Assembly (NCBI GenBank): GCA_036172245.1
Contig: JAYWIR010000002.1
Location: forward strand, 4,402,001 to 4,466,000
Source of the DNA: Raillietiella orientalis
Taxonomy: Eukaryota
Reading direction: 5' to 3'
DNA: 64,000 nucleotides
Shown: positions 14,101-26,561 of the stretch, in pieces
How positions within the stretch are numbered: the stretch's first letter is position 1
How the letters are laid out: every line of letters begins with the position of its first letter
Program-made: the position numbers and the translations under genes
The notes under the pieces: model-generated
The model's input: only the letters and a program-made list of their open reading frames with translations
Told to the model about the DNA's origin: nothing
Database searches by the model: none

Positions 14101-14811
14101 TAATAATGTAAGATAATGAACACAACCCTTTATTGCTTTTATTATATCACTGTGATTACACTGCAACATTTTGCATTTTGTGTTTTTGTAATCTGAAAAT
14201 TGTGTGTTCCGTACACATGTGTAAAAGTGTGCAGTAGCCTTCCCTTTTGATTGTGGAAATGCAGTGTGCACTCGTAAAAATAAATGTATAAATTTGTAAC
14301 CAAGCATCTAAACCTGTGTCTTCAACTTTTGACATATGAGGAGTAAATTAGACCTTTTTTTTTTTAACATGCTTGAATGCTTGAAGTACATTTTGATCCT
14401 TTGTTCTGTGTAGTTACTTTTCTTACCAGCTTGTAAACTTGAAAGTTTGTTACTTTCTTTCTTTCTTATTAGATATTTAAAAACCAGCTTGCTAATCACA
14501 GAACCGCGACCACACCAATACAGGGTTATAAGTCTTACGACAACCAGAAGCCAAGATGAAAGAAAAGCGTGATAAATTTTTCAGAAATTGAAAAATTCAG
14601 TTTGGAAATCAAACGCGATAACTTTGTGCATGCACCTAACGTTTGCTTCTTTAAGGGGTAGAGCAGGAGATTTATCAATCAAAGATTCGAGTAAATAGAT
14701 TTCGAAGTTGTATCGAGCACAACTAAAATGAACGAGAATGTAGTCGCCCCAGTACCACTCGCATGTGCTGTGTTTACCAGTTTCCTTTTTCTTGTACTCG
14801 TTCTAAGATTC

Positions 14812-14851
<40 letters not shown>

Positions 14852-16246
14852 TAACGAAACCATAATTTTCAAGTGCTAACGGTGCAGTATGGGAAGATGT
14901 GAAATTTCATAGAATAGGAGAACGCATGGAATCTTTTATCGAGCACGGTGAAAAGTGCGTTTGACGTTTTCGGCACCCGGCCTGTGTATTTAGTGAGTGT
15001 ACTATGGTGGGTTTACGAAAGTCGAGGCAAAGTTTTTAAACTGTAAGTAACGTGAAACATTGTTTGGATGTTTGTGGTGTGACCTTGAGTGCCAGCATTA
15101 GAGTGTTTGTGTAGTCTTTAATCAGCCCCGAAGTGAAAGCTTCTTCCATTTGTGGACCCAGTTTTTCGTAATAAAAAAAATAATAATAATGAGGGGGTGG
15201 AAAAAGAAAGGGGGGGGGGAAACACAGTGACACGACAGGCCCGTGGTTCCCTTGCACACGGGACTCTTGCAGGAATTCGAAATCGTTATTTAGCTTTTTG
15301 ACAGCCCGCGTTAGTCATAGATCGAAATGGAGGTTATTGATTCGTTCGGAGGCTGTCCGCCTCTTGGAAAATTACGTTGGACGTTGCAGTGGAAAAATCC
15401 CGATTCGGATGTGCATCGTTAAATAATTACCATGCACACAGTGTAAATAGCGAGGAAGTGCTTTGAAAAATACATCGGCGAGCCTGGCGGTCGATAGTTG
15501 CGCCACGCTGTAATGAACTGGGTTGAAATGAAGAGGGAGTCGAACTGCTCCGACAACGAATGGCTGAGAGAGGAGGCCTAAAGCTTTATGATTGTGGCTG
15601 GCGGAACGTCGATCGCGTCGCACTGTCGGCCAACTGCCTTCTTATGAAACGGATTATAATTTAAAATGATAAGATATCGACGTTTGCTAAATTGTGCTGG
15701 CTAAATTGGTTTAGGTGATACAAATGTGGCATGCCATAGCCTGTTAGAGAAAAACCTGCGATCGTTTTCCCTCTGGAAAGCAGGTTCCGAAGAAAGCAGT
15801 CTCGTGGAAGAGTAAGTGATTTTTTTTCTTCTTCTTCTTCTTCCTCTTCTTCTTGTTCTCTCTCTCTCTCTCTCTCTCTCCTCTCCATCCATCCCTCCTC
15901 CACCTCCTCCTCCACCTCCCCCCCCTCCCCTGCATACACAATGTAAGAGTGTTGCCAATTCTCGTTGTTGTGTGTTCCTTCAGGAAAGTGGCGGTTCAAA
16001 CACGGCTTGTTTATTACGTGAGAAAGGGGAAGAAAAAAAAAAAAAAAAAAACTTGCTGCATTTGCTCAAATCAGCTGATTTGCGTATTTAGAGAGATTTT
16101 GCTTCCCGCACAACACAATAGAATGTGTGTCTCCAGTTTGCTGGGGATTGCCGATATAGTAGCCAAAGCCCAAGGAAATTTCAGTTGTAGCAGTGCCGAA
16201 TCAGAAATCCTTCGGTTCTAGTAAAGTGAATTTCTTGTGTCCTTGG

Positions 16247-16288
<42 letters not shown>

Positions 16289-19200
16289 CGTGTGCGTGTG
16301 TGCACTCGGAAAGATTTGTGCAAGATCTGAACAAAAATTTTTTTTTTTCTTTTTGTTTACGAATGATTTCATCCCGTGAACAACAGCCTCGCAAGCTTTC
16401 ACGGTTTCGAAGGCTTTTATATATGCATTTTATACGTTTTGAGTGAAATCATTTTCACCGCGACTGCATAAACGGTTTATTTTTGTTTCAAAGCACCGTG
16501 TTCGGTTCTATTTCAAAAGTTCCATCGTGAAACAAAGTGCGCGAAGCAAGGAAACCCTCGAGCGAACTGCAAACAAGCAGATACTGGTACGAATATCGTT
16601 TAAGTTACGGAGAGTCCATGCTGTCTGAAAGGGAAGGAAGCCATTATCAACCTCTATTTTTTGTGTTTTGTTTATTGAATGGCAAGCTAAGGAAATTTTC
16701 AGTGAAAAAAGGAAAAACATTTCGTAGTAATCATGTTCATAGTTTTGTGCAGTACTGCGATATGCTGCTAAGTGATTTTTATTTTCAATAACAAATTTGG
16801 AAAATTGGAGTAATTTGAAATCAAGTTTGCAGTGTGCTTTATTTATTCATGAAATTTTTCAGGGAAAGTTACAGGATGTCATTATAAATAATTTAGGAAC
16901 GAAAGTGCCATCACCATTGGGATCGCGTTCTATGTCACCAGCTATAGGTAATTATTTGAACAAACACTATACGCATTATTCATAAGAAAACTTCATTGTA
17001 ATTCCTTAATCACAGAGAAGAAAGGTGTTCCTTCAGTTGATAAAATTTTTCAAAAAACTTAGTAGTCATTTACAATGAATTTTTAGAAATCAGTGCATTT
17101 TTTTAAATTCTACGAACTTAGTACTCATTGAAAATCATTGTTGTTTTTCTCTGTGAATTATGTTCAGAATATTCTTTATGAATTAGATTTACATCATTTC
17201 CTGTTAATTTCAATTTGCACACCCCTGAACTACAGTATAGATTAACCATTTTTTGTAGAAATGTTCAATGACAAGTTTAAAATTCAGATTGTCTTTCCAG
17301 TGCTTTCATTTCAGCGATTCTAATTTAAGTATCTAATTTCTGTGCATGATTTAGGGCCACAGAGCATTCCGATGCCCCCGCGCCCTCCTGCTTCTGGAGA
17401 TAATCATTCTATTCGAGTTTTGCATCCAATGGCAGCTCAAGGGAGCTACCAACAGCCAATGCCTCCTCCTCCGCATATAGCCCATTCTGGTGTGTACCAT
17501 GCAAAAGTTGGTTCATGTCCGCCAGGATCGATTTCTCCTGGTAATATTTGTCATGGAGGGACAGGACAGCCTCCAGGAATTTCGTATTCAACTCAATATC
17601 CTTCAGGCATGGATGAGAAACATTTGCATTTAAGCTTTATTAATAGTCTTTTTAGGTTATCGGCCTCCTTCACATATAAGTAGCTATCCTGTTTATTCTC
17701 ATCCAGGTCATATGAATCCATCTTTAAATAGCAATTATGAACATTGTCCTTCATCTGTTAATAATCATGTGAGTCCGACTCAAACATTTCCTTATCAGTA
17801 TGGGCAAGTGAGTGACAGCAACTCTTAACAGCTTTTCTTACTTTTTGATTCAGAATTGGCCCACCTCTAATCTAATGAGTAACCCAGATGCCAAAAATTC
17901 TTCCATGATAAACTCAGTGTCAGGCCCTCCAGTTAGTTCTCGTTTGCCTGCTCCCAATGCACCTCACTATCTAAGACAGCACTTACAAGTATGCAAACTC
18001 TTCTTGGTGTTTGATTTTCGTCCCCCCTCCCCTCCCCTCCAAATCCGTTATATTTATTAAATTATTTTTTATAGCAAAAAATGGGATTTCCTTCATCCCC
18101 AAACCCTATGGTTTTTAATGGCTCATCAGTGAGCTCTGCACTTGCATCACATGATAGTATGTTGCCTCCTCAACGACCACAACAGTCTGTAACTCCTCAA
18201 ACTGTATCGTCTCAAAAAACGCATCAACAATCAACTGGAAATCCTCATTTAAGTGCAGGTTCAGATAGCAGTGTGATCTCCATGGATAATCTCCATGAAA
18301 CTTTAGGTTAGTACCTTACTTACATCTTGTTCTGACATTACATCATCAGTAGCTAATAATGGAATGAGCCCTTTGCCTACTGGACCTGATGGAACATCAC
18401 TTCATGATGAAGCATCACAACATTCCACAATATCTAATGCTTCTCAGGTATCAGGTGAAGATCGTGCTGGCACTCCACGTAAAGAAACGGGATTTTCCGG
18501 AAAGTTAACTCATGCACATATGCCTCAAAATACGTTAACATCTGGAGGCAACTATCCTGATGAAGTAGATATTGCTAACCAGAGTTGGACTAGGGTATCT
18601 AGTAGTCCTGTGAGTTCTCATCGGAAGTATTGTATGATGTATTCCTAAAATTCTTCAATTAGGTATACAATTGCCATATGGCTCCACCTGAACCATATAG
18701 GCTAAAAAAAGCTGATGCCCTGTACAGACTGTATGAAATGGATGAAAGTCTAGAACGAAGGGCATGGCTTGATAGGCTTTTGCGCTTTATGGAAGAGAGA
18801 GGCACTGCTATCACTGCCTGCCCAACTATCTCAAAAAATCCCTTGGATCTTCACAAACTGTATTTGCTAGTTCGTGATCATGGTGGTTTTGTGGAGGTAA
18901 ATAACTGCATAACTTTCTTCCAGGACTTTCTCAATAGAAGAACTATAGGTTTCTAAGAACAAAACCTGGAAGGATATAGCAGGGCTCATGGGCATTGGTG
19001 CCTCTTCCAGTGCTGCATACACTTTGCGCAAACATTATACTAAGAACTTGCTGCCATTTGAGTGTCGTTTTGATCGTGGTGGTGTTGATCCTCAACCTAT
19101 TATTACTCAGTTTGAAAGCAGCAGTAAAAAGAAGACAAGCAAAACACCTATAGTTCAGTCACCATGTTCATCAAATTCTCAAGATGGTTTTCCCCTTGCA

Positions 19201-22135
19201 AATTCTAATTCAAGTTCCATGGAAGGTTATCCTACTCCTACAGCTGGCCCTCCATATTCTTTGCCTCCATCTATAGAATATAATGTTTCAAGTGGCCACC
19301 CACAAGGAGAAAACATTAATGTGGGTAACCCATTTGATGATCCTTATGGCAACCATCCTCAGTGCTATAGTGCTTCTGTCTATCCTCCACAGCCATCAGG
19401 AATGAATGCTTCTGGTATGTATTCATTTAGCACCAAGCAGTGTTAACGTCTCATATTAGGGTATGCAAGTTATCCACCAACATGCCAGGCAGACACTTAT
19501 CAGAACAGACCAGATTTTGCTGGTGGAGCTCCCACCGCTCAGTATGCCTCACCTTCTGGGTTCCCTAATCGGTCAGTGAGCAGTCAAATTGTGTAGACTG
19601 GAAATATTTTTTTTTAGGTCTTATCCCCCATCTTCTGCCACGCATTCATCTGCTACTTCTGAGGATTCATTTAATGGAAGATACGCAACCCCTTTCCCTG
19701 CACGTCCAGGTGCACCACCATATTCTGCATCTCCTACTCCACCCAATTATCCTTCTGAACATTACAATCAGGTTGATTGGCTGGCTTTCTTTTGCTTCTG
19801 GGTTAACTGATTATTTTTCGTGGGCAGGGTTTCCAGACCACGTTTCCTCCTAAGACTCATTACGCACCATCTGCAAGACCTATGCAGCAGTACCAAAATT
19901 ATGGGCAACAATCTGTGCAGTCATCTGTCTATAATAGTTGGCAGGGACAGCAAAGGCCATTTGTTGAACAGTTTGGTCAGCAGTGGCCTTCTCCTCGTAC
20001 TCAAGAAGGAATTGCATCTCAGTGGGGCCAACGGTATCCTTATCCAGTTCAGGTGTGTAATTCTTGATTCAGAAGGTTATAGAACATTTACTAGGCCCAG
20101 CAGTGGAGCTCTGGACCTGCTGTCCCTATGAGACAAGTTTATCCTCCTAGGCCTGCGAATTTCCCCTCCAAGCAGCAATACCCATCTGTAGCTGTCCAAC
20201 CCATAGCCTCCAAAGCAAATTCTGCAGGGTTCCTTGCTCCCCAGTTATCACGGAAAGAGATGAGCTTCCCCCCCGATAGTGTAGAAGCCATGTCGCCATT
20301 ACTAGTGAAAAGACGTCGTTTAACCCGACAGGACATCCAGCCTGTGGATGCTTGGCGAATAATGATGGCCCTAAAGTCAGGATTGTTGGCAGAGTCCACT
20401 TGGGCACTGGATGTGCTAAATGCTTTGCTATTTGACGATTCCTCGGTGCTTTATTTTGGCTTAGCTAACTTGCCAGGTCTCCTGGATGTTCTTCTAGAAC
20501 ATTTTCGCCGTACCCTTATTGAAATATTTAACATTGGAGATGACCTGGAGGCAGATGTGGCCTGCCAAGCATTTCAAGATCCCCCTCTTTCAGCACAATG
20601 GTTTGAACGCCCCTTGTGGAATCCTCCTGTACCTGAATTGGGAGAGGCCCTTGTTATAGACCCAAGTGATAAACAAGTGTATTTGTTTGGTCCCAATTAT
20701 ACTTGGGAAACACGAATGGGATACAATGTTGGTACTTGTCCATGTGATGATGTTTTGGTGATTGATGGCAGTGCTGAATGGGAAGATGATTTACTTATTG
20801 AACCATGGCTTACGGGTGCTAATGCTAGCACTCGGCATATTGTTACCCGGTTTGATAGTGATTGGAGCCGTGTGCCATTTGTGCAAATGCTAAGCTGTGA
20901 TGCGGAAAAAAGTGATGCATCAACAACAGACATGACTGACAAAAGTGTTTCTGGCACGTCGTCTTTGAAAAATGTTTGTGCACCAAGTGGTTTGAAAGTG
21001 TGTGATCTCTCCCATACTTTGTGCAGAAAAAAGCAAGAAGAATTTGAGGATGAGTGTTGTAGTAGGGATGAACCCAGTCTGAACCCAGTCACTGAGACTA
21101 AACTTGGACTCATTCATCGTTGTCTTGCTGTATCCAACGTGCTGCGTAGTTTATCATTTCTCTCAGCCAATGGTTTGGAAATGTCAAAGAATGCAGGATT
21201 GTTACTCCTCCTTGGGAAACTGTTGCTCCTCCATCATGAACACCCAGTACGCACTGAACAGAGGCGTAACTATGATCGAGAGGAAGAAAGTGATTGGCGT
21301 GAATCCTGTAGTAGTCTCCTTGGTGAACGTCAGTGGTGGTGGGATGAGCTACATATACTTCGTGAGAATTCCCTTGTGATTCTGGCCAATGTGGCATCCC
21401 AGTTGGATCTAAGCTCTTACTCTGAGGAAATTGCGCGCCCTATTCTAGATGGATTGTTACATTGGGCTGTATGTCCATCTGCATATGGGCAAGATCCTTT
21501 CCCCTACCTGCCATCCCATTCCGTCCTATCGCCACAGCGTTTGTCCCTTGAAGCACTTTGTAAGCTGTGTGTTCAGGAAACCAATGTAGATCTTGTTTTA
21601 GCCACTCCCCCTTTTGAACGACTTGAACATCTCTGTGGTTTATTAGTGAAGGCTTTATGCCGTACTGAAGATCAGGTAGGAGTATGTTAAGTATGCTGTG
21701 TTTAGCAATGCTGACCTGTTTTTTTCCCAGGTTATGCGTGAATTTGCCATCAACTTACTGCATTATTTTGCTGCAGCTGATCCTGGTGTGGCTCGTTGCA
21801 TAGCATTGCATCATCCTTGCATCTCCTTAATTGTGAGCTTTATTGAGCAAGCTGAGCAGAGTGCGTTAGGCATTGCCAACACCCATGGTGTTCATGTATT
21901 ACGTGAAAATCCAGATGCAATGGGCACTAGTTTGGACATGTTGCGTCGTGCTGCACGAATTTTATTGCACTTAGCTCATGTTAGGGAAAACCGGCTTTTA
22001 TATGTGCAGCATGAACAACGGTTGCTTACTCTGGTCATGAGTCAGATCCTAGATCAGCATGTTGCAGCCATTTTGAGTAGGGTGCTGTTTGAAGTATCGC
22101 ATGCCAATGCAGGTGATGTTGGCAGCGATTCATGA
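11174..22135 (+). CDS. osa: Osa / ARID1A-B subunit of the BAP/BAF SWI-SNF complex; ~14 exons, ~1600 aa (first exon 11174-11692 tentative, core from 16863)
   Basis: ARID domain (LYEMDESLERRAWLDRLLRFMEERG...PLDLHKLY...KNKTWKDIAGLMGIGASSSAAYTLRKHYTKNLLPFEC), RSMSP and PMPPRP motifs, Pro/Gln/Tyr-rich linkers, C-terminal BAF250_C region (FPPDSVEA...AWRIMMALKSGLLAESTWALDVL...LDGLLHWAVCPSA...SPQRLSLEALCKL...MLRRAA). Exons join in frame through mostly 42-56 nt introns. Confidence 0.96.
14814..14845. repeat. (AT)n microsatellite
   Basis: Direct observation. Confidence 0.95.
15820..15930. repeat. Compound polypyrimidine microsatellite (CTT)n-(CT)n-(CCT)n
   Basis: Direct observation; it produces the spurious low-complexity ORFs at 15661-16221. 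Confidence 0.9.
16247..16302. repeat. (TA)n-(TG)n compound microsatellite
   Basis: Direct observation. Confidence 0.95.
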
Positions 22136-22179
22136 TGTGATAAGTGTCCATGTTTTGTACAGCTGTCCTTGTAAAGTCA

Positions 22180-22185
22180 AATAAA
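22180..22185 (+). terminator. Polyadenylation signal AATAAA of osa
   Basis: AATAAA 45 nt after the osa stop. Confidence 0.6.
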
Positions 22186-25100
22186 ATTGAAATAATATAT
22201 CTATTTGATCTATTCTGTTTACGAAACTTTATTTATTGCCCCCTACATGTTTACAGCTTATTGCAAATTCCAATCTGATGATTTATACTTTGACAAAACC
22301 GTTTGGTTAACTTTTCTTACGACATGCGTCGAGGTTTTAAAAGAAATTGCCAACCTAATTACTGGTGTTGGAAGCGCTGTAGGGACCTGTGTAGTCGTGA
22401 ACGTGATCCAAACCGAAAGAAGTTCATGTAGTTCAAAGTTCTAGAAGGACAGTGTATGTAAAGCCCCGACGCTTGTAATCTGTGCTTGCAAAAGCAGTGA
22501 ATGAATGTCCTGAATTCTGCAGGTGAGAAAAAACGCCCCAAGCTTTTGCGACTTGGTAGCCATTACCAAGTAGTCGCGAAGATATTTCGATTCGCACTTA
22601 AGGTTTCGATAAAAACAAACTGCAGATACCAAAACATTTATTAGACGCTTTACAGTCGGCAATTTGCGTTACGTGTAGCTACCTGTACCGTTATCTGGAA
22701 AATTTAAAAACTCGGACGGGCCCGGTAACTTGAATGAAAGTTTTTATGTAATCAAAGTAACCTGCACATCTTGGTTTGGATTTTCTTCCACAGGATGCCT
22801 TCATTTTTCCTCGCGACGCATACTCTGTTACATGAATAGTTTTCTCAACTCTTGAGAATTAAACTCCTCAAAACAGCAACAACCGACGCGAAGTCTGCAG
22901 TCCAGAAATTGAGGGGAAAACATCGGACACGGAAAATATAAGGCATCAAGACGTGTGAATGGTTGCATTTTTTTTTCCAAGGTGTTTAGCTTTATGGTTC
23001 TCATTCAGGATTTTTATTCCGACTTGGTTACTCGGTATGAAAGCCTTAGCAAACAAGGCATTTGCAGAAAGGCAATTTTTGAGAATCTTTGTGTTGACAC
23101 AGCAAAGCCAAGCATCCGGAGATTTTACTTCTGCTACAGTGGGCATCCTATCATTCATACAGTAAATCCCAAAAATCGAATCTCAAGGTTTTTACCCCTA
23201 CCATGCATCCAAAAACATCAAAATAAAATAAAATGAAAATCTAAAAGTACAAGATGCGATTTTCTGATCTTTAACGCACATAAAGCGGTCGACAAAGAAG
23301 ACGCGAAACGCTGTTCAAACTGGAAATGAAAAGTATCTGTAAGGCGCCCCGAGTTTCGGTTCGTGTGCAAGGAATAAGAACGGAAAAAGAAACTCGTTTC
23401 ATATTGACATATGCTAGTGTGCACGTACGTTAGCACACAGCATAGTGTTTCGCATATTCTTCTTCTGTGCCTTCCCTTACTGGAGCGATTTCAGTTTCCT
23501 TATTTCTTCTGCAAGTGAAAACTTTCCGTGCATCTGTTAGAGATTACGCAATGCTGGCCGTAATTTGGATTTTGTCGATTTTTTTCACTGAACTACTCTT
23601 TGTAAAGGACCTAAAGCCTTTTTTTTTTTCTTTTCTTTCTTTATGCCACTGAGACCACCGACTACAACTAATGTTTCTGTACCACAGGTTTCCCAGTCAC
23701 AAAAATAGGAATTGAACACAAAGGGGGGGGGGGGGGATAATAAGTAAAAATGAAGAAAGTGACAGTGAACGTCAGGCTGTGCGTATTGGGATGTGTGGCA
23801 CACATCAGATGACGAATTCCGAGTTACTGCTGAACTTTTCAGTTTTTTGTTCTTGGGATCATTCTCGTTTTATCCTGTCTCGGTAAATTCGGCCAACAGT
23901 CACTTTTCGTTTTTTTTAATGCCTGCACGCTAAATGAAGGGACGATAAATTACGTTACACAACACAGCGTCGGCTCCCAACCCGAACTTTTCACTTTAAA
24001 CGAAATGTATGCTTTTAAAAAGAACGCGAGCTCTGGGTGTGATCCACCCAGAGCTCGCGTTGCACCGTTCCCTATGGACGGATGCAACCGTAGGAAATAA
24101 GTGTGGAATCCTCCAATTCTGTTTCCCGAAAATTCCTTTCACCAGGCCATCAGAAAGTCCCGAGGCAGCGTCTGGGTGTAGCCCGCAAGAAAGTCAGTCT
24201 TCGGCTTATCAGCGAATACACCTCCGACACCCGTGTTGGCAGTCGGCAGGTCTTACGGCAGTCTGTTCGGTTCCCCCGGAATGCCGTAACACGCTCGCAG
24301 ATTGGATCCCACCTCATTATCTTTCCTTACACACGCATGTCCGCAAGAAGCGTTCTCAAGTGCAATGCAGTCTTTCTTCGGGATTTCGCAGACTTGCACG
24401 CGTTTCGGTGACAGGCGATTGTGAGTATCACCGGCAGTTCCTGATACTGCTGACCGACCGTTGACTTCCGCTTTCTGAGTTTCCGTATCAGTGATGGCTT
24501 TGGTTCCTGTACCCAAACAACAGCAACAAATGTGATCCGTCATCGCTCCAGGATTACCAGAAGCATTGGCTTAGTTTGAGAAACCATTTCGAAAAAAAAA
24601 AAAAAAAAGATTATCATCATCATTATTTTTCAGGGGAATAATAGAAAATTTTAAAGAAAACTGATGCACAGATTGATCATCATGAAAAGCTGTACTATGA
24701 AAAGGAATAAGCCATTGCAATTTTGCAAAATTTATGCTCCTTATTGATTTGATGAAATGAATGAATTTGAAACCTCAAATTCTGTAAATGCGCATACCAA
24801 GAGGCGCGAGGAACGTAGTTAAGTACAAACCATTTGTAATTTCTTTCGTTCCTGTTTCCACTGCGTAATTTCAGTTTTACCAAATAATGGGAATGGGCAA
24901 GCCAAAAAGTTACAGTTGCAAACTAAATTTTTCCAAGCACCGTGAAATGCTCTTCAAAGTAGTTTCCTTTCAAAGGTTTGTATCAAAGATTTCTTTTTAT
25001 AAAAAAAAAAAGAATCAAAAAGTTATAGTGGGTATATATATTTTTTTACTTCAGATAGTTCTCTGTAAATTCACACATTGCAAAAACTTTTGAAGGAAAC

Positions 25101-26506
25101 AACATTGCCTATATTTAGATTTTTAATTATTAATCTTTCCTATGTCGAAAACACATTATACTGTTTACTTGCTTTCATTTTTTCTTAGCATCTGAAGCAT
25201 CGAATCCAAATCATTTTTGTAATGACATGAAAACAAGTGATTTCAAGTAACTTCGTGTTCCGGTAGTGTTTGTCTTCTGTACACAACTGTGAAGATTTGC
25301 TTCTCTTCGCACAGTTCATTCCCCATTCCAACTGAATGGTTCCAAACGTGTTCGTTCGCAAACGTTGCCACTGCAAAAATTTCTTTTCAATTAACAGTTA
25401 ATGATTACAAGAACTGGACCTCGAGAAGCATCTGTATCTACACGAGTTTAAGAGCTACCCAAAGGTCTTCAAAACAGTATTCCTTGCATTCAAATTACCC
25501 ACACCTAGTGCATTTATAAATCTAAAATACCTATTTTAATTCCAGTTCGTATTCGCAATGCAGCTCGGTCAAGCGATTTACCCTGTGCGGCCGCATGTCC
25601 GAGTACTCAAGAAGATTCGACACTTTGTGTGTTCTCTCTCTCTCTTTTTTTTTTTGTTTGCTGGCTCAACCTTAACTAGGACCTCGGTTTTTCTCGATGC
25701 AATCTTTACATGCAAGTAATATTTACTACAACCACTGACGTCGACCACGTGCTTTTCGAGCAGTCTTCAATATTTCCGCATCCCACTATTTGACCAGTTT
25801 GCATGCCAGCTGCATTCTACTAACAGAACATTCTTGTCATCAAGTATGATGCGTTTTTTTTTTTTTTTTTTTTTTTTTTATTACTGGTGCGTGTTTGGCC
25901 TTCTACTGCGAGCCCTTGGGACGGCTTATTGAATTTGGATTTCATTTAGGCAATAAAATGCAGGGCAATCACATGATAGCACAAACCAGTTTCTAATTTG
26001 CCCATACGGTGGAAAGCAAACACTGGCGACATTCCATAAACAATCTTTTGCTTCCTTAAGACTTTAGACTTCCTCTGTTGGAAACTGACGGCACAAGCCG
26101 TTTACCTAATCCAATCCTTTCAGGGAGCCAGCCAGTAATGTAGTGAAGTTGGATCAAACAGGTTTCGGTAAATCCCAAGCGGAAGTGCACGACCTGAAGC
26201 CTCCCTTTACTTTTCCCTTTCCTTGGTTTGTAGTATAACAAATTAGATCAATCAGAAGTGAGAGAGTAGTAAGTTTTTACATTTTGAATACCTCACCAAC
26301 ACATGGTTTTTTTTTCCCCCCAACCCTTTTTTCAATTACGTCCCCAAAACGAAACTTCGCTTGTGAAAATTATAATCCACAAATAGCAGCAGCATGATCC
26401 GTGAAAACATCAAAGGAAAAAAAGGAAAAAAAAGGAGGAAAAAAAAACGCTTCCTGACCACGGTCGATCACAATCCACCTGACAGGGGCGGCAGCTGAAG
26501 TTTTTT

Positions 26507-26512
26507 TTTATT
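26507..26512 (-). terminator. Polyadenylation signal AATAAA of trx
   Basis: TTTATT on + strand about 50 nt past the trx stop. Confidence 0.5.
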
Positions 26513-26561
26513 TTATCAAAAAAAATTCCTTAATAGGCCGTGAAACCAATACGCGCAAAGA

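Noticed and set aside
15661-16446. Poly-Glu/Gly/Pro/Arg and VC-repeat ORFs
   Set aside because: Translations of microsatellites, not genes
20139-21397. Antisense and alternative-frame ORFs overlapping osa (likewise those over trx, LRPPRC and CD164)
   Set aside because: Shadow ORFs of real coding exons with no independent support
24150-24390. RNase MRP-like words (GAAAGTCCC; GTCCGCAAGAAGCG; possible P4 partner TCGGGATTTC)
   Set aside because: No GARAR-capped P8 stem and no proper CR-V consensus; not callable without a covariance-model search
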